Both the position numbers and the translations under genes were made by a program. Below the pieces are notes generated by a model. The model did no database searches and was not told the origin of the DNA. It saw only the letters and a list, made by a program, of their open reading frames with translations. DNA of 39,479 nucleotides, taken from Octopus sinensis (lineage: Eukaryota). The stretch covers positions 1 through 39,479 of the forward strand of contig NW_021835414.1 in NCBI RefSeq assembly GCF_006345805.1. Direction: 5' to 3'. Position 1 is the stretch's first letter. Each line of letters opens with the position of its first letter. Shown one piece after another: positions 1-11,035 of the stretch.

Positions 1-38
1 ATGTGTACATTTATATATATATACATACACATTTATAT

Positions 39-76
<38 letters not shown>

Positions 77-266
77 ATATATATATGCATATATATATAT
101 ATATGCATATATATATATATATATATATATTTACTTGTATACGCAACGTACACTCGTTTATGCTAAGGTGCACGCAAACACAGAGATATGGCGGGGGCGT
201 TGCTGTACATTCGTACTGAGTGCTTATATATCCTACATACATATATATATATATAGATATTATATT

Positions 267-335
<69 letters not shown>

Positions 336-363
336 CCACACATATATAATATATTTATATATC

Positions 364-395
<32 letters not shown>

Positions 396-470
396 CATTA
401 GTGCATTTGTATTTGAAGTTATAGATTATAGACATTATAGGTATCTGAATATATATATGTGTGTGTATGC

Positions 471-550
<80 letters not shown>
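1..550. repeat. (AT)n-dominated microsatellite field
   Basis: Long interrupted (AT)n runs directly visible. Confidence 0.95.
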
Positions 551-551
<1 letters not shown>

Positions 552-604
552 GTAGACGTGCGTGTGTGTGTATTCACAAAACACCGACTTATTTATTCTG
601 TAAT

Positions 605-790
605 TATTTTACTGTTTCCAGACGGCCATGTTGGTGAATCGCCTTCAAGGATTTCAATATAAGTATGCCGAGCACGTCTTTTTGTCTAATACATATTTTA
701 TCGATCTGTTTTTGCACATCGTCTATATGGAGTGTCATAAACCACATCGAAAAGTCACCACAAATAAGTTACGCAAACCTGCGTTTACAT
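605..790 (-). mobile_element. Highly degenerate SINE-B 3' half
   Basis: Weak match (acggccatgttgg...cgccttcaagg...tatcgatctgtttttgc...aagttacg) to the reverse complement of the SINE-B tail at 5560-5744. Confidence 0.4.
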
Positions 791-970
791 AAACACACAC
801 ATTCTCCTATGGTCACATGTTGGGTTATGTAGAAATATGCTCGTATCCAGCTATTAATCAAAACTATTATAATATATATTATATATATTATATATATATA
901 TATATATATTATTACTATATATATAATATATATATATCATGATTGGAGTGCCAGATATAAAAGTACTAAG

Positions 971-1172
971 TTCAAATTTTGGCACAGAGCCAAGTAATTT
1001 GGAGGAGGGAGTAAGTTGCTTACATCGACCCCGTATTCAGCCGATGCTCATTTATCGACCTCACTTGGATGAAAGGCAAAGTCGATCTCGGCGGAACTCG
1101 AACGTAAGGACGGACGATATGCGTCTTTGAATTTTACCCAGCGTGCTAACAACTCTGCCAGCTCGCCACCTT
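971..1172 (-). mobile_element. SINE-A (tRNA-derived, Octopus OK/OR-like) full-length copy
   Basis: Reverse complement of ggtggcgagctggcaga...gttcgagttccgccgagatcgactttgcctttcatcc...gtcgatgtaagc...gtgccaaaatttgaa; homologous to copies at 1831, 7672, 19345, 25317, 27381, 30488; A-box and B-box-like motifs. Confidence 0.85.
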
Positions 1173-1177
1173 AGTGT

Positions 1178-1178
<1 letters not shown>

Positions 1179-1224
<46 letters not shown>

Positions 1225-1241
1225 CATAGATAGATAGATAC

Positions 1242-1330
<89 letters not shown>

Positions 1331-1335
1331 CAGAC
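1179..1335. repeat. (GATA)n tetranucleotide microsatellite
   Basis: Direct tandem repeat. Confidence 0.97.
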
Positions 1336-1830
1336 AGATGCGCATGCGCGCATAGATTTTGTACACAATTATTTCCTGTTCATATTTTTCGAAGAGATTT
1401 TTCGACACCGTTTATTTTTTTTTAATGGAATCTATCGTTGTTGCAAATAAGAAGTTTCTGCGTGTCTTCCTTTCAAAGGTTCCCATGAATATAACAGCGT
1501 TTAATTTGTGAGGTGCAGGTTTTTGCAATCCAAAAAGTGATATTTAGAAACAAACTAAAACGGTTGACAGCTGAGTGCCATCTTGCAAGTCTAAAGCAGC
1601 CACTGCTTCGTTCTTATTACTTAAAACTTACCACCAAATATTTTAAATACATTCCTATGTTTTTTTAATTGTTGAAGATGAACGAAGACGCATTGCAATC
1701 TGAGCGACGGAAATTGTTCTGGAAACGGTCTTTATATAAAACATTTGCGGTTAGAGAGTTCGAAGTAAATCTCCATTACTGAGTTGACTCGGTGCATCAT
1801 GGAAATGAAGGTAAATATAACAGACAGTGC

Positions 1831-2026
1831 TAAGACGGCGAACCAGGCAAAATGCTTGGCGGAATTTCGTCTGTCTTTACGTTCTGAGTTCAAATTCCGC
1901 CGAGGTTGACTTTGTCTTTAATCCTTTCGGGGTCTATGAAATAAGTACCAGTTGAGCACTGCAGTCGATGTAATTGACTTACTTCCTCCCTTGAAACTGC
2001 AGGCCTTGTGCCAAAATTTGAAACCA
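1831..2026 (+). mobile_element. SINE-A copy with small 5' internal deletion
   Basis: aaatgcttggcggaatttcgtctgtctttacgttctgagttcaaattccgccgaggttgactttg...ccttgtgccaaaatttgaaacc. Confidence 0.85.
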
Positions 2027-2203
2027 TATAATCACATACGGAGGGCTACCTCTACTGCTCTGAAATCCTCCACCTGGTCAAGGGATTGGAAGTAGATTTA
2101 CTGAACCTCAAGCCACGTGGCCTGATCAGTATGTATTCGGACTGTTGCTATAGTAATGAAGATAAAGCCGCTAGACACAGATTGACCTTGAACATTGCTG
2201 TGC

Positions 2204-2897
2204 ATGTGCACTAATTTTCAACATTCTAGTTCACTTCCGCTGTTTACAGCAGTGCTTGGAAGGAAGGTGTGTAGCGTGTGATCGTCGCTTTGACAATGAC
2301 AGAGAAAGCTGAGCAGAGAATCTGCATCAAATTTTGCCAAAAGATTCATGATACCTGCTCAGAAGCCCATGCAAAGTTTTCAAATAGTTTTCATCGTTCT
2401 CGACACAATCAAGGAGATCTTGTGCAACAGAAACCCGAGTGTCTCTTTGGTCAGCGAAAGCAGTTTTGGCACAAACTTAGCAGACACGCATCTCATACCC
2501 AAATCTTCATTGACAATGGAATGAACTGAACCATAACTAATCTGTTCATCCTCTGATAACTCACGGATGATGATTCGACGATTTTCCCTCACAGCTACAC
2601 GCATATCTGCGATGGTTTTCTCAGTTCTGCTGGTTGCGGGTCTCCCAGAACGTTCGTCATATCGACATTTTTTCGGCCATCTTAGAAACATCTAAACCAC
2701 TCGTACACTTGCGTGCAGCTCATATGGCCCTCTCCATACACTTTCTGCAACATTGCGTAGGCTTCTGAGCAGCAGGTAACGCCATGACAACTTTCTTTGT
2801 CATGGTCAATGCGACGAACACATGCTACACACCTTCCTTCCAAGCACTGCTGTAAATAGCGGAAGTGAGCTGGAACCTTTAAACTTATTGAGCACAC
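2204..2897 (-). mobile_element. Mariner transposon relic, fold-back of two 5' ends; transposase N-terminal half pseudogene
   Basis: Minus strand peptide CSEAYAMLQKVYGE..VYEWF..DERSGRPATS..ENRRIIIREL..ISYGSVHSIVNEDLGMRCVSAKFVPKLL (mariner HTH domains plus WVPHEL-equivalent linker); plus strand 2296-2367 MTEKAEQRICIKFCQK; 2204-2367 is an inverted copy of 2760-2897. Confidence 0.88.
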
Positions 2898-2955
2898 ACA
2901 GCAGAATCCAAGGTCAATCTGTGCCAAGGAGCATTACTCTGTATGCTTTAGCTTC

Positions 2956-2969
2956 GTTACTATGGCAAC
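2956..2969. promoter_or_regulatory. Candidate RFX X-box (GTTACTATGGCAAC)
   Basis: 14-bp near-palindrome matching the GTTNCY-AT-GGNAAC X-box consensus; no functional evidence. Confidence 0.3.
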
Positions 2970-3219
2970 AGTACGGATATTTATTGATCAGACTGTGTAT
3001 ACTCGTCCTGCTCGATAGTGTATTATGAATCAGAACGACTATAGCTAACACTCCACAGTAATGCAGCATCTCTGTTGTGGTGAAGTGAAGCGCAGAGAAT
3101 GAAGTGTTTTGTCAAGAGTCGAAAGGAAGCACCTGGGATGAGAGCGAGGTTGATAATGTATGCCATCGTTTTGCTGGAATTGGAATAGGACAACGAATGC
3201 GAAATTGATGAGAGGAAGG

Positions 3220-3880
3220 GTTCTATGTAAAACGACAAAATATAATATTAAGTGGAAGATAATGGGGATTGAAGATGATGGGGAGGAGGACGTAGAGGAA
3301 AGTGATGGGAGAAAGGAAAGGAGGGTTAGTGAGAGATGAGAGCAGAAGAAGAAGACGGAGAAAGGAAAATGGATTGGAAACGGAAGAGAAATATGAGGAG
3401 AAAAGAGAGAGGGCGCGCACAGTGGGTGAGAGGAAGATACGAAAATGAAGAAAGGAGTTGAGGTGAAAGGGGACAGGGGATAAGAAATGTCAGGGTGGAA
3501 GGAAAGTAGAGGAGAAAGAAATAAAAGAAAATAAAGAATAGGAGATAAAGTATGAAAGAAAAGAATGAAAGATAAAGTGAAAGGAGTAAAGGAGGAGAAT
3601 AAAAGAGAGCGAGAGAGAAATTCAAGAAAACAGACGACTGTGGGGGAGGGGTAGTTGAGGAGGAGGAATAAAAGAACGAGACAAAGAAACAGATAGGTAG
3701 AGAGAGAGAGAGAGACAGACAAACAGACAGACAGATAGAGACAGACAGAGAGACACAGACAGAGAGAGATAAAGGAAGGAAGGAAGAATGGATGGAAGGA
3801 AGGAAGGAAGGAAATAAAACAGAAACACCGTGCAACGAACTGGAATTGAAAGGAAGAAGGAAAAATGTCCATATCCATCA
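3220..3880. repeat. Purine-rich (GA/GGAA/GACA) low-complexity tract
   Basis: Strong polypurine strand bias; gives the spurious 278-aa L/S/F-rich ORF on the minus strand. Confidence 0.9.
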
Positions 3881-3898
3881 AACTCTCTCTCTCTCTAC

Positions 3899-4017
3899 GG
3901 TCCTGGGATCAATACCACTGCGTGACACCTTGGGCGAGAGCGTCTTCCACTATAGCCTCGGACCGACCAAAGCCTTGTGACTGAATCTGATAGACGGAAA
4001 CTGAAAGAAGTCTGTCG

Positions 4018-4065
<48 letters not shown>

Positions 4066-4075
4066 TATATGTATG

Positions 4076-4112
<37 letters not shown>

Positions 4113-4250
4113 CATATGTGTTTGTGTGTGTGGGGTGGGTGTGGCGGTTAGCGGTGTGGGAGTGGGGTGGTGGAGGGCGGCTGTTTTGTCTCTCCCCACC
4201 GTTGCTTGACAACCGATGTTGATGTGTTTACGTCCCCGAATCTTAGCGGC
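3899..4250 (+). mobile_element. SINE-B (tRNA-head, CORE-like) partial copy with internal (AT)n
   Basis: ccactgcgtgacaccttgggcgagagcgtcttccactatagcctcggaccgaccaaagccttgtg...gaaactgaaagaag-(AT)n-...cttgacaaccgatg...cttagcgg; homologous to 5401-5744. Confidence 0.85.
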
Positions 4251-4406
4251 TTCTTACAGTTTCCATCTGCCAAATCCACTCACAAGGCTTTGGTCGGCCC
4301 GAGGCTACAGTAGAAGACACTTGCCCAAGGTGCCACACAAGTGAGAGGGAAACTTGAACCTTGTGGTTGGGAAGAAGCTTCTTACCACACAGCCACTCCT
4401 GCGCCT
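4248..4406 (-). mobile_element. SINE-B 5' half including head
   Basis: Reverse complement of aggcgcaggagtggctgtgtggtaagaagcttcttcccaaccacaaggttcaag...gcaccttgggcaagtgtcttctactgtagcc; A-box-like TGGCTGTGTGG, CORE-like ccttgggcaagt. Confidence 0.88.
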
Positions 4407-4411
4407 ATATT

Positions 4412-5141
4412 TAGGGTGGGTGAAACGTAAGTAGGCATTAAAAATTGGTAATAAAATCCATGTTCTTTTTACAAATTTATTGAAACAACTGATACGTGTT
4501 CTTTATTACATTGGAAAATGAAAGTAATTCTTTATATTTCGACGGAAGTACCAGTGGCGACAACCAATTTCCTGAAACGGCATGAATAACCTTCTGAAAG
4601 ACTTCGTCTGGGATATCATTGAGAACCTCCTGAATCCGTCTCCAAGTCCCCCAGTGTATAAGGTTTTGCCTTGTACAGCGCTTTTCTGTAACACCACAGG
4701 TAAAAATCACATGGAGTGAGATCTGAACTTCTTGGATTTCTGGACTTCAGCCACTATCATGACCCGCTTGACGTGTGGATTTTTGTGGGCTGTGATCAAA
4801 CATTTCCTGCACTGTTTCCACGTTCTCCGCTGATCGGGATGTGGTTGGGCGGCCACTTCTTGCATCGTTCACAGAGCCCGTGGTCATCAGCTTTGCATGA
4901 CAAACTTTTTATTGTCTCCAGACGTAGTGTTACGTTCTTGCCTTTCCATGCACGCCACCATCTCTGAACCAAAACAATGGAATTCCACACTTCATAGCGT
5001 GCTGATTTCTTAACTCGTTCCTGAACATTCAAGCGACCGGCCATCTGGAAAATAAGAAATAAGACAATAAGAAAATAAGAAATCCCTATCAGTATTTTCT
5101 ATAAGCAATTTCTAATGCCTAGTTACTTTCCACCCACTCTG
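4412..5141 (-). mobile_element. Internally deleted Tc1/mariner-superfamily transposon (DUF4817-type N-terminus)
   Basis: About 30-bp imperfect TIRs (agggtgggtgaaacgtaagtaggcatta / taatgcctagttactttcccacccactctg), TA at right flank; N-terminal peptide MAGRLNVQERV..YEVWNSIVLVQRWW; C-terminal PRSSDLTPCDF.LW (WPPRSPDLTPCDFFLWG-like); catalytic middle missing. Confidence 0.85.
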
Positions 5142-5400
5142 TATATTTAAAATACCGTTCAAATATAGGTAGGATCAATAAAAAACAAGAACTCCACCCA
5201 ATGAGAAACAATTATGATTTGCATTATTTACATTTGCAAAAGAGCAACAGATAGTTTCATGCTTTAAGATACACTAAATTAGCAGCTTTCTGTAATGACA
5301 TGAATCTCCAAGTGATCTTTCAGGCTCTGTCCATAACGGTAGACATATTTAGAAACCAAGACGATAGTCTATATCGGTGTGTTTACTATATTGTTTGTAC

Positions 5401-5744
5401 CCGTGGTCCGGGTTCAGTCTCACTGCGTGGCACCTTGGGCAAGTGTCTTCTACTATAGCCTCGGGCCGACTAAAGTCTTGTGAGTGGATTTGGTAGACAG
5501 AAACCGAAAGAAGCCCGTCGTGTATATATGTGTTTGCGTGTCTGTGTTTGTCCTCCAACCATCGCTTGACAACCGATGCTAGTGTGTCTATGATCCCGTA
5601 CCTTAGCGATTCGGCAAATGAGACCGATAAAATATGTACTAGGCTTACAAAGGTTACATTCTGGGTCGATTTGTTCGACTAAAGGCGGTGCTCCAGCATG
5701 GCCGCAGCCAAATGACTGAAACAAATAAAGAAAAAAAAAGAATA
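5401..5744 (+). mobile_element. SINE-B near full-length copy (5' truncated head)
   Basis: ccgggttcagtctcactgcgtggcaccttgggcaagtgtcttctactatagcc...aaaggcggtgctccagcatggccgcagccaaatgactgaaac plus A-rich tail. Confidence 0.9.
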
Positions 5745-6109
5745 TTATCACTATATTTTATTTTACTTATCTCTAATTTATTTTATTTTATTTTTCTCAT
5801 AAATAATTAAATAAATGGAATAAGTGGAATATGGTAAGCACACGCACATACACACACAGATACACAAACGCCATAGAAAGATAGGAAGGGACACATGAGA
5901 TGGAAGGGTCGCTGAAGCGGTCACAGGTGTGCAACGAAAGATACCCAAACAATGGACATAAGATAAAATAAGAACAATAATAAACGAGTGAAGAACGAAT
6001 ATACAGTGTGTGTGTTTATTTGGGAAGAAACAAAAAACTGCCGTCGCCACATATAACAATATTGTTTCAACACACGATTTTATATCAGGAATCTTGCGAA
6101 ACAAATTCA

Positions 6110-6164
6110 TAAATTATATATATATATAATATATATGTTGTGTGTGTGTGTTTGTATATATATA

Positions 6165-6212
<48 letters not shown>

Positions 6213-6224
6213 TATGTATATATA

Positions 6225-6276
<52 letters not shown>

Positions 6277-6295
6277 ACATGTAAATATGCATTTT

Positions 6296-6346
<51 letters not shown>

Positions 6347-6352
6347 ATATAT
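6110..6352. repeat. (AT)n microsatellite field
   Basis: Direct tandem repeat. Confidence 0.95.
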
Positions 6353-6520
6353 CGAGGAGAGAGGAGAGTGCGGTTATGAGAGGTAAAGGTGTCAGTAAGA
6401 CCCAAAGGGGTGTCAGGTACTGCAGAGTAAGTACTATGGATAGACCATAGTTAAGTTCCATGTTCGGTGATTATGCGAATAAGGAGTCGAACCTAGGTCA
6501 TATACCAGCGTGTATATATA

Positions 6521-6745
6521 CAATTTTTTTTTTTTCAGAATGAGATAAAAAAGACCAAGGCTGTGAAGATTTTAGAGCATTTATAAATAGAAGGTCATAC
6601 AGCTGTTTCCAGGATATTTATTATATCCGTTCACCGTCTCCGATGAAGGAATATAATAAATATCTGGAAGCAGTTGTAAGACCTATTTATAAATGTACTA
6701 AAATCTTCACAGCCTTGGTCTTTTATTACATTCTGAAAAGAAAAT

Positions 6746-6747
<2 letters not shown>
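6521..6747. mobile_element. Fold-back element 1 (about 110-bp arms), Penelope pLTR-like, degenerate hammerhead motif
   Basis: ttttcagaatg..aagaccaaggctgtgaagattttag..catttataaatag.. is mirrored by ..ctatttataaatg..ctaaaatcttcacagccttggtctttt..cattctgaaaa; centre near 6637-6640. Confidence 0.75.
6636..6682 (+). ncRNA. Degenerate minimal type-I hammerhead-like motif
   Basis: GUCU-CCGAUGA-stem II (AUAU/AUAU)-GAAGC-AGUU-GUA-AGAC; the opposite arm supplies GAAAC-AGCU-GUA and GGAUAU/AUAUCC. Confidence 0.45.
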
Positions 6748-6785
<38 letters not shown>

Positions 6786-6797
6786 CTATATCTATAT

Positions 6798-6850
<53 letters not shown>

Positions 6851-6955
6851 ATATATATATATATTATAAACAATTGCAGCAGCTGGAAGGTGTTTATAAG
6901 CCATTTAAGAAACAACAACAAAGCCGTTCGATTCACTCCAACATTTAAAGTTTAA

Positions 6956-7005
6956 TTTGTCAAAATATTTTCGTCGCTAAGATCCGCGACCTGTTCACTG
7001 ACAAA
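6956..7005 (-). ncRNA. Second copy of the G3-C8 hammerhead-like motif (antisense arm)
   Basis: Reverse complement identical to 7033-7082 except one base in loop II. Confidence 0.55.
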
Positions 7006-7032
7006 GTCCGTGCAAAGAGATGCAGCACGGAC

Positions 7033-7082
7033 TTTGTCAGTGAACAGGTCGCGGATTTTAGCGACGAAAATATTTTGACAAA
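7033..7082 (+). ncRNA. Minimal type-I hammerhead-like motif with G3-C8 variant core
   Basis: UUUGUCA / GUGAACA / G-GUCGC-loop-GCGAC / GAAA-AUA-UUU / UGACAAA: 7-bp stem I, 5-bp stem II, palindromic AAUAUU stem III. Confidence 0.55.
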
Positions 7083-7219
7083 TAAACTTAAATGTTGAAG
7101 TGAATCGAACGGCTTTTGTGTGTTTCTTAATGGCTTATAAACACCTTCCACGCTGCAATTGTTTTCGTTTCAGCACATGATCTCAGATCAAATTACTTGC
7201 TATGCGAGTACATCTCCGT

Positions 7220-7317
<98 letters not shown>

Positions 7318-7671
7318 TGTATGTATGTATGTATGTATGTATGTATATATATTTGTATATATATATATTATGTATGTATATGTATATATATATATATATA
7401 TATTTGTATATATATATATATAGATATAGATATATATATATACACACATGTATGTGCGTGATGTGTTTGTGTCTTTGGCTGTGGTTAGAACAATTTGACG
7501 TTGCTAATCCCATCTCTTTGGAAACTTTTGGTCAATATCGAAACCAGAATGTCACCGCCAGATATGCTAGTCTGTATTTCCGCTTTCATTTTGTGAAGTC
7601 AGCTGTGGTTTCAGTTGGAAAAAAATCTCCACACAAGCCTTGTGTACAAATAGGGAGCAATTTAGCCCATT

Positions 7672-7852
7672 GGGAAAAATGCTTAGCGGCATTTCGTCCG
7701 TCTTTACGTTCTGAGTTCGAATTCCACCGAAGTCCACTTTGCATTTCAACCTCTTGGATTTGATAAAATAAGTACCAGTTGAGGACTGGGGTGGGATGTA
7801 ATCGACTTAACCCGTCCCCAAAACTGCTGGCATTGTGCTAAAATGTCAAATT
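7672..7852 (+). mobile_element. SINE-A copy lacking head
   Basis: aaatgcttagcggcatttcgtccgtctttacgttctgagttcgaattccaccg...aataagtaccagttgaggactggggt...gcattgtgctaaaatg. Confidence 0.8.
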
Positions 7853-7944
7853 TATATTCACGTCATAGATGCATAATTATATACATAATGATATATAAAC
7901 ATACATATCTACATACACAAATATTTCTATAACAACGATGTGTT

Positions 7945-7980
<36 letters not shown>

Positions 7981-8614
7981 TGTCTGGGGAGAGGCATTGT
8001 CTTTATGATTCAACACCTTACACTGTTAAGTTTTAGAAATTTTATGCCTCCACTATATAAGTTATATACATCATATATGTTTAACGCAGGCGTACATATA
8101 TATCCTTCAACATACACACATGCACACACACTCACACCTACACACACTTGTATGACGATATGCATGTATGTATACATATATACAGCTGTATATATATATA
8201 TATACAAGTATACACACACACACATATATATATACACGCATATACACGCACGCATACATACACACATGTATGTGTGTGGGTGTGTATGTATGTATAATAT
8301 ATTTGTGTATATTATTTTACACCTTACCATGTGTAGCGTACCTTGTCAAGGTGGAACGGGAACAATCAATCATGGCGATCAGGGCATTTCCGTTGCAGCC
8401 ACCTGTCAGGCAGGTGACCGAGAAAAATGGCGTATGCACCACACTGAGATTTGTTAACGTTTACCAAAACCCATAGATCACAGTGAAGCGTGGCACCGGG
8501 AAACGGGTAGGTTTACGGGGCTGTCTTAGTCACCTGTCCTCATGCACTTATAAACGATTCTGTATATACGTCATATGTATGCATATATATATGTATAGAG
8601 AGAGAGAGAGAGGG

Positions 8615-8735
<121 letters not shown>

Positions 8736-8932
8736 GATGGATATCGGTATATATATACACATGCACACGTTCAGGTATTGATATTCACATTGACGTGTTT
8801 TTGAGTGTATATATGTGATGAGACGTGTGTAGGTAGATATCGAATACGCGCATAAACACATAGATATAGACACACACACACGGAAAAAGACATCGATAAA
8901 GCCATATATTCACGACACAATAGAATAATAGG

Positions 8933-8972
<40 letters not shown>

Positions 8973-9343
8973 AAGATAGATACTGTATATAGCTTCAATA
9001 TAATATATATAGATTCATCCACACATACACACCCGCACACATGCATATATGTATGTATGCATGCATGCATGCGTGTACATATTGTTGTCTATGCGTATCC
9101 TTCTCTCTATGCATAAGTCTGGGCGATTATCAGCGCAAATAACGCGTGGTATTATGCATTAAGAGTCATAAAGTCACAAAGGGATGCAAGCAGGTGCTCC
9201 GGACGTTTTAACAACGAGGAATTGGCAATAAAATGCAATGAAACTGTGTGCGAAATCTGGAAAAGGGGATGCCCCAGAATGGTCGGAGTCAGAGGACTAT
9301 ATATATACATGACATACACGCATGCCCACACACTTCCTCATAT

Positions 9344-9411
<68 letters not shown>

Positions 9412-9429
9412 ATACAGATGATAGAGAGG

Positions 9430-9520
<91 letters not shown>

Positions 9521-9687
9521 TTTCTTTATTGGCCACACAGGGCTGCACACAGATGGGACAAGTTACAAGGTAGAGCTTTTCTTTTGGGGGAGAAAAAAAA
9601 ATGAAAAGGTGGCGTAGGTTTTCGATCAAAAGGGATCGTAAAAAGGAAAAAAGAACAAAAAAAAAAGAAAAAAAAGGAAAAGAAAAT
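9521..9687 (-). mobile_element. 3' end of Tx1/L1-like LINE embedded in (GATA)n
   Basis: Same sequence as 9859 onward and 24356-24526; sense strand ends ...cagccctgtgtggccAATAAAgaaa then (CTAT)n. Confidence 0.65.
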
Positions 9688-9715
9688 AGATAGATAGATA
9701 GATACAGATGGATAA

Positions 9716-9750
<35 letters not shown>

Positions 9751-9752
9751 TG

Positions 9753-9787
9753 TTTCTTTATTAGCCACACAGGGCTGCACACAGATA
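9753..9787 (-). mobile_element. Ultra-short 3' terminal fragment of the same Tx1-like LINE
   Basis: tttctttattagccacacagggctgcacacagata between (GATA)n tracts. Confidence 0.65.
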
Positions 9788-9816
9788 GAACAGATAGATA
9801 GATAGATAGATAGATG

Positions 9817-9856
<40 letters not shown>

Positions 9857-9858
9857 TG

Positions 9859-10364
9859 TTTCTTTATTAGCCACACAGGGCTGCACACAGACAAGACAAA
9901 TTACAAGGTAGAGCTTTTATTTTGGGGATAAAAAAAAGGGTTTGGTGTTCGATCAAAAGGGATCGTAAAGGGAAAGAAAGAGGACAAAAAAGGGGGGGAA
10001 TAAATTTTTTTTAAAAGGGGGGAGAGAAAAAAAAGGGAAAGGAAAAAATTGATCAATAGGGATCGTTATCACAGAACAGATGTCAATATGAAGTGTAAGG
10101 GGAGGACAGGTGAGGTTTACCCGTGAAAGAAAAGCCTACGGAAAATACCACGGTAACCTCGGTCAATGAAGTCACATGTTATATTTCTTTTTTTTTTTTG
10201 GAAATAAGCAACTCTCTGTATAATTTTTCCGGTTCATAAAATCATAGTTAAGGTGGCTTCGTCATTCATATACGTGCCATCTTTGCTACATTCACCCATC
10301 TTTTTTTAAAACATTCACTAGACAAAACTTGCCTCTCTACTCTCACTTTCCTCTTCAAGTGATA
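9859..10364 (-). mobile_element. 5'-truncated Tx1/L1-like LINE: ORF2 C-terminus plus 3' UTR, inside (GATA)n
   Basis: Minus-strand peptide HLKRKVRVERQVLSSECFKKRWVNVAKMA (resembles L1/Tx1 ORF2 terminal helix region), long 3' UTR, AATAAA, (GATA)n on both sides; clade assignment from recall. Confidence 0.55.
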
Positions 10365-10383
10365 CATAGATAGATAGATAGAC

Positions 10384-10464
<81 letters not shown>

Positions 10465-10694
10465 CGTATATAAACAGATGGATGGGTGGATGGATGGATG
10501 GATAGGATAGACGACTGTATTATATGAGTCACACCTATATACACTGTCTCCATCCATGTGTACCTGGATATATGGTTGATCGTATCTCAGGTGAGAACAT
10601 GGTTTGCGGATCCAGGTGAAAATGAAAATATGCGAACGTACCATCTCTTGATTTTGCATTGACGCCAGAATGAAATTTCATCAATAGGCACACA

Positions 10695-10719
<25 letters not shown>

Positions 10720-10742
<23 letters not shown>

Positions 10743-10906
10743 GCAAAGCTGTAAACATATGCATTTGAATACATATATTAAAAACACGTACTTACATATA
10801 TAGATATATATATATATATATATGTATGTATATATATATATGTATATATATATATATGTATACATACATATACATATATATATTGTATATAATAATATAT
10901 TTAATG

Positions 10907-10955
<49 letters not shown>

Positions 10956-10958
10956 TAG

Positions 10959-11035
<77 letters not shown>

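Larger units (their letters stand above)
6868..7220 (+). mobile_element. Fold-back element 2 (about 140-bp arms plus 56-bp unpaired 3' extension), Penelope pLTR-like
   Basis: 6868-7013 is the near-perfect reverse complement of 7025-7164; 11-nt loop; flanked by (AT)n. Confidence 0.8.

Noticed and set aside
3045-3881. 278-aa L/S/F-rich ORF resembling a membrane protein
   Set aside because: Reverse-strand read-through of a polypurine low-complexity tract; no domain motif
5198-5224. CCAAT plus octamer ATTTGCAT as a promoter
   Set aside because: Short motifs expected by chance in 39 kb of AT-rich DNA; no downstream gene or snRNA
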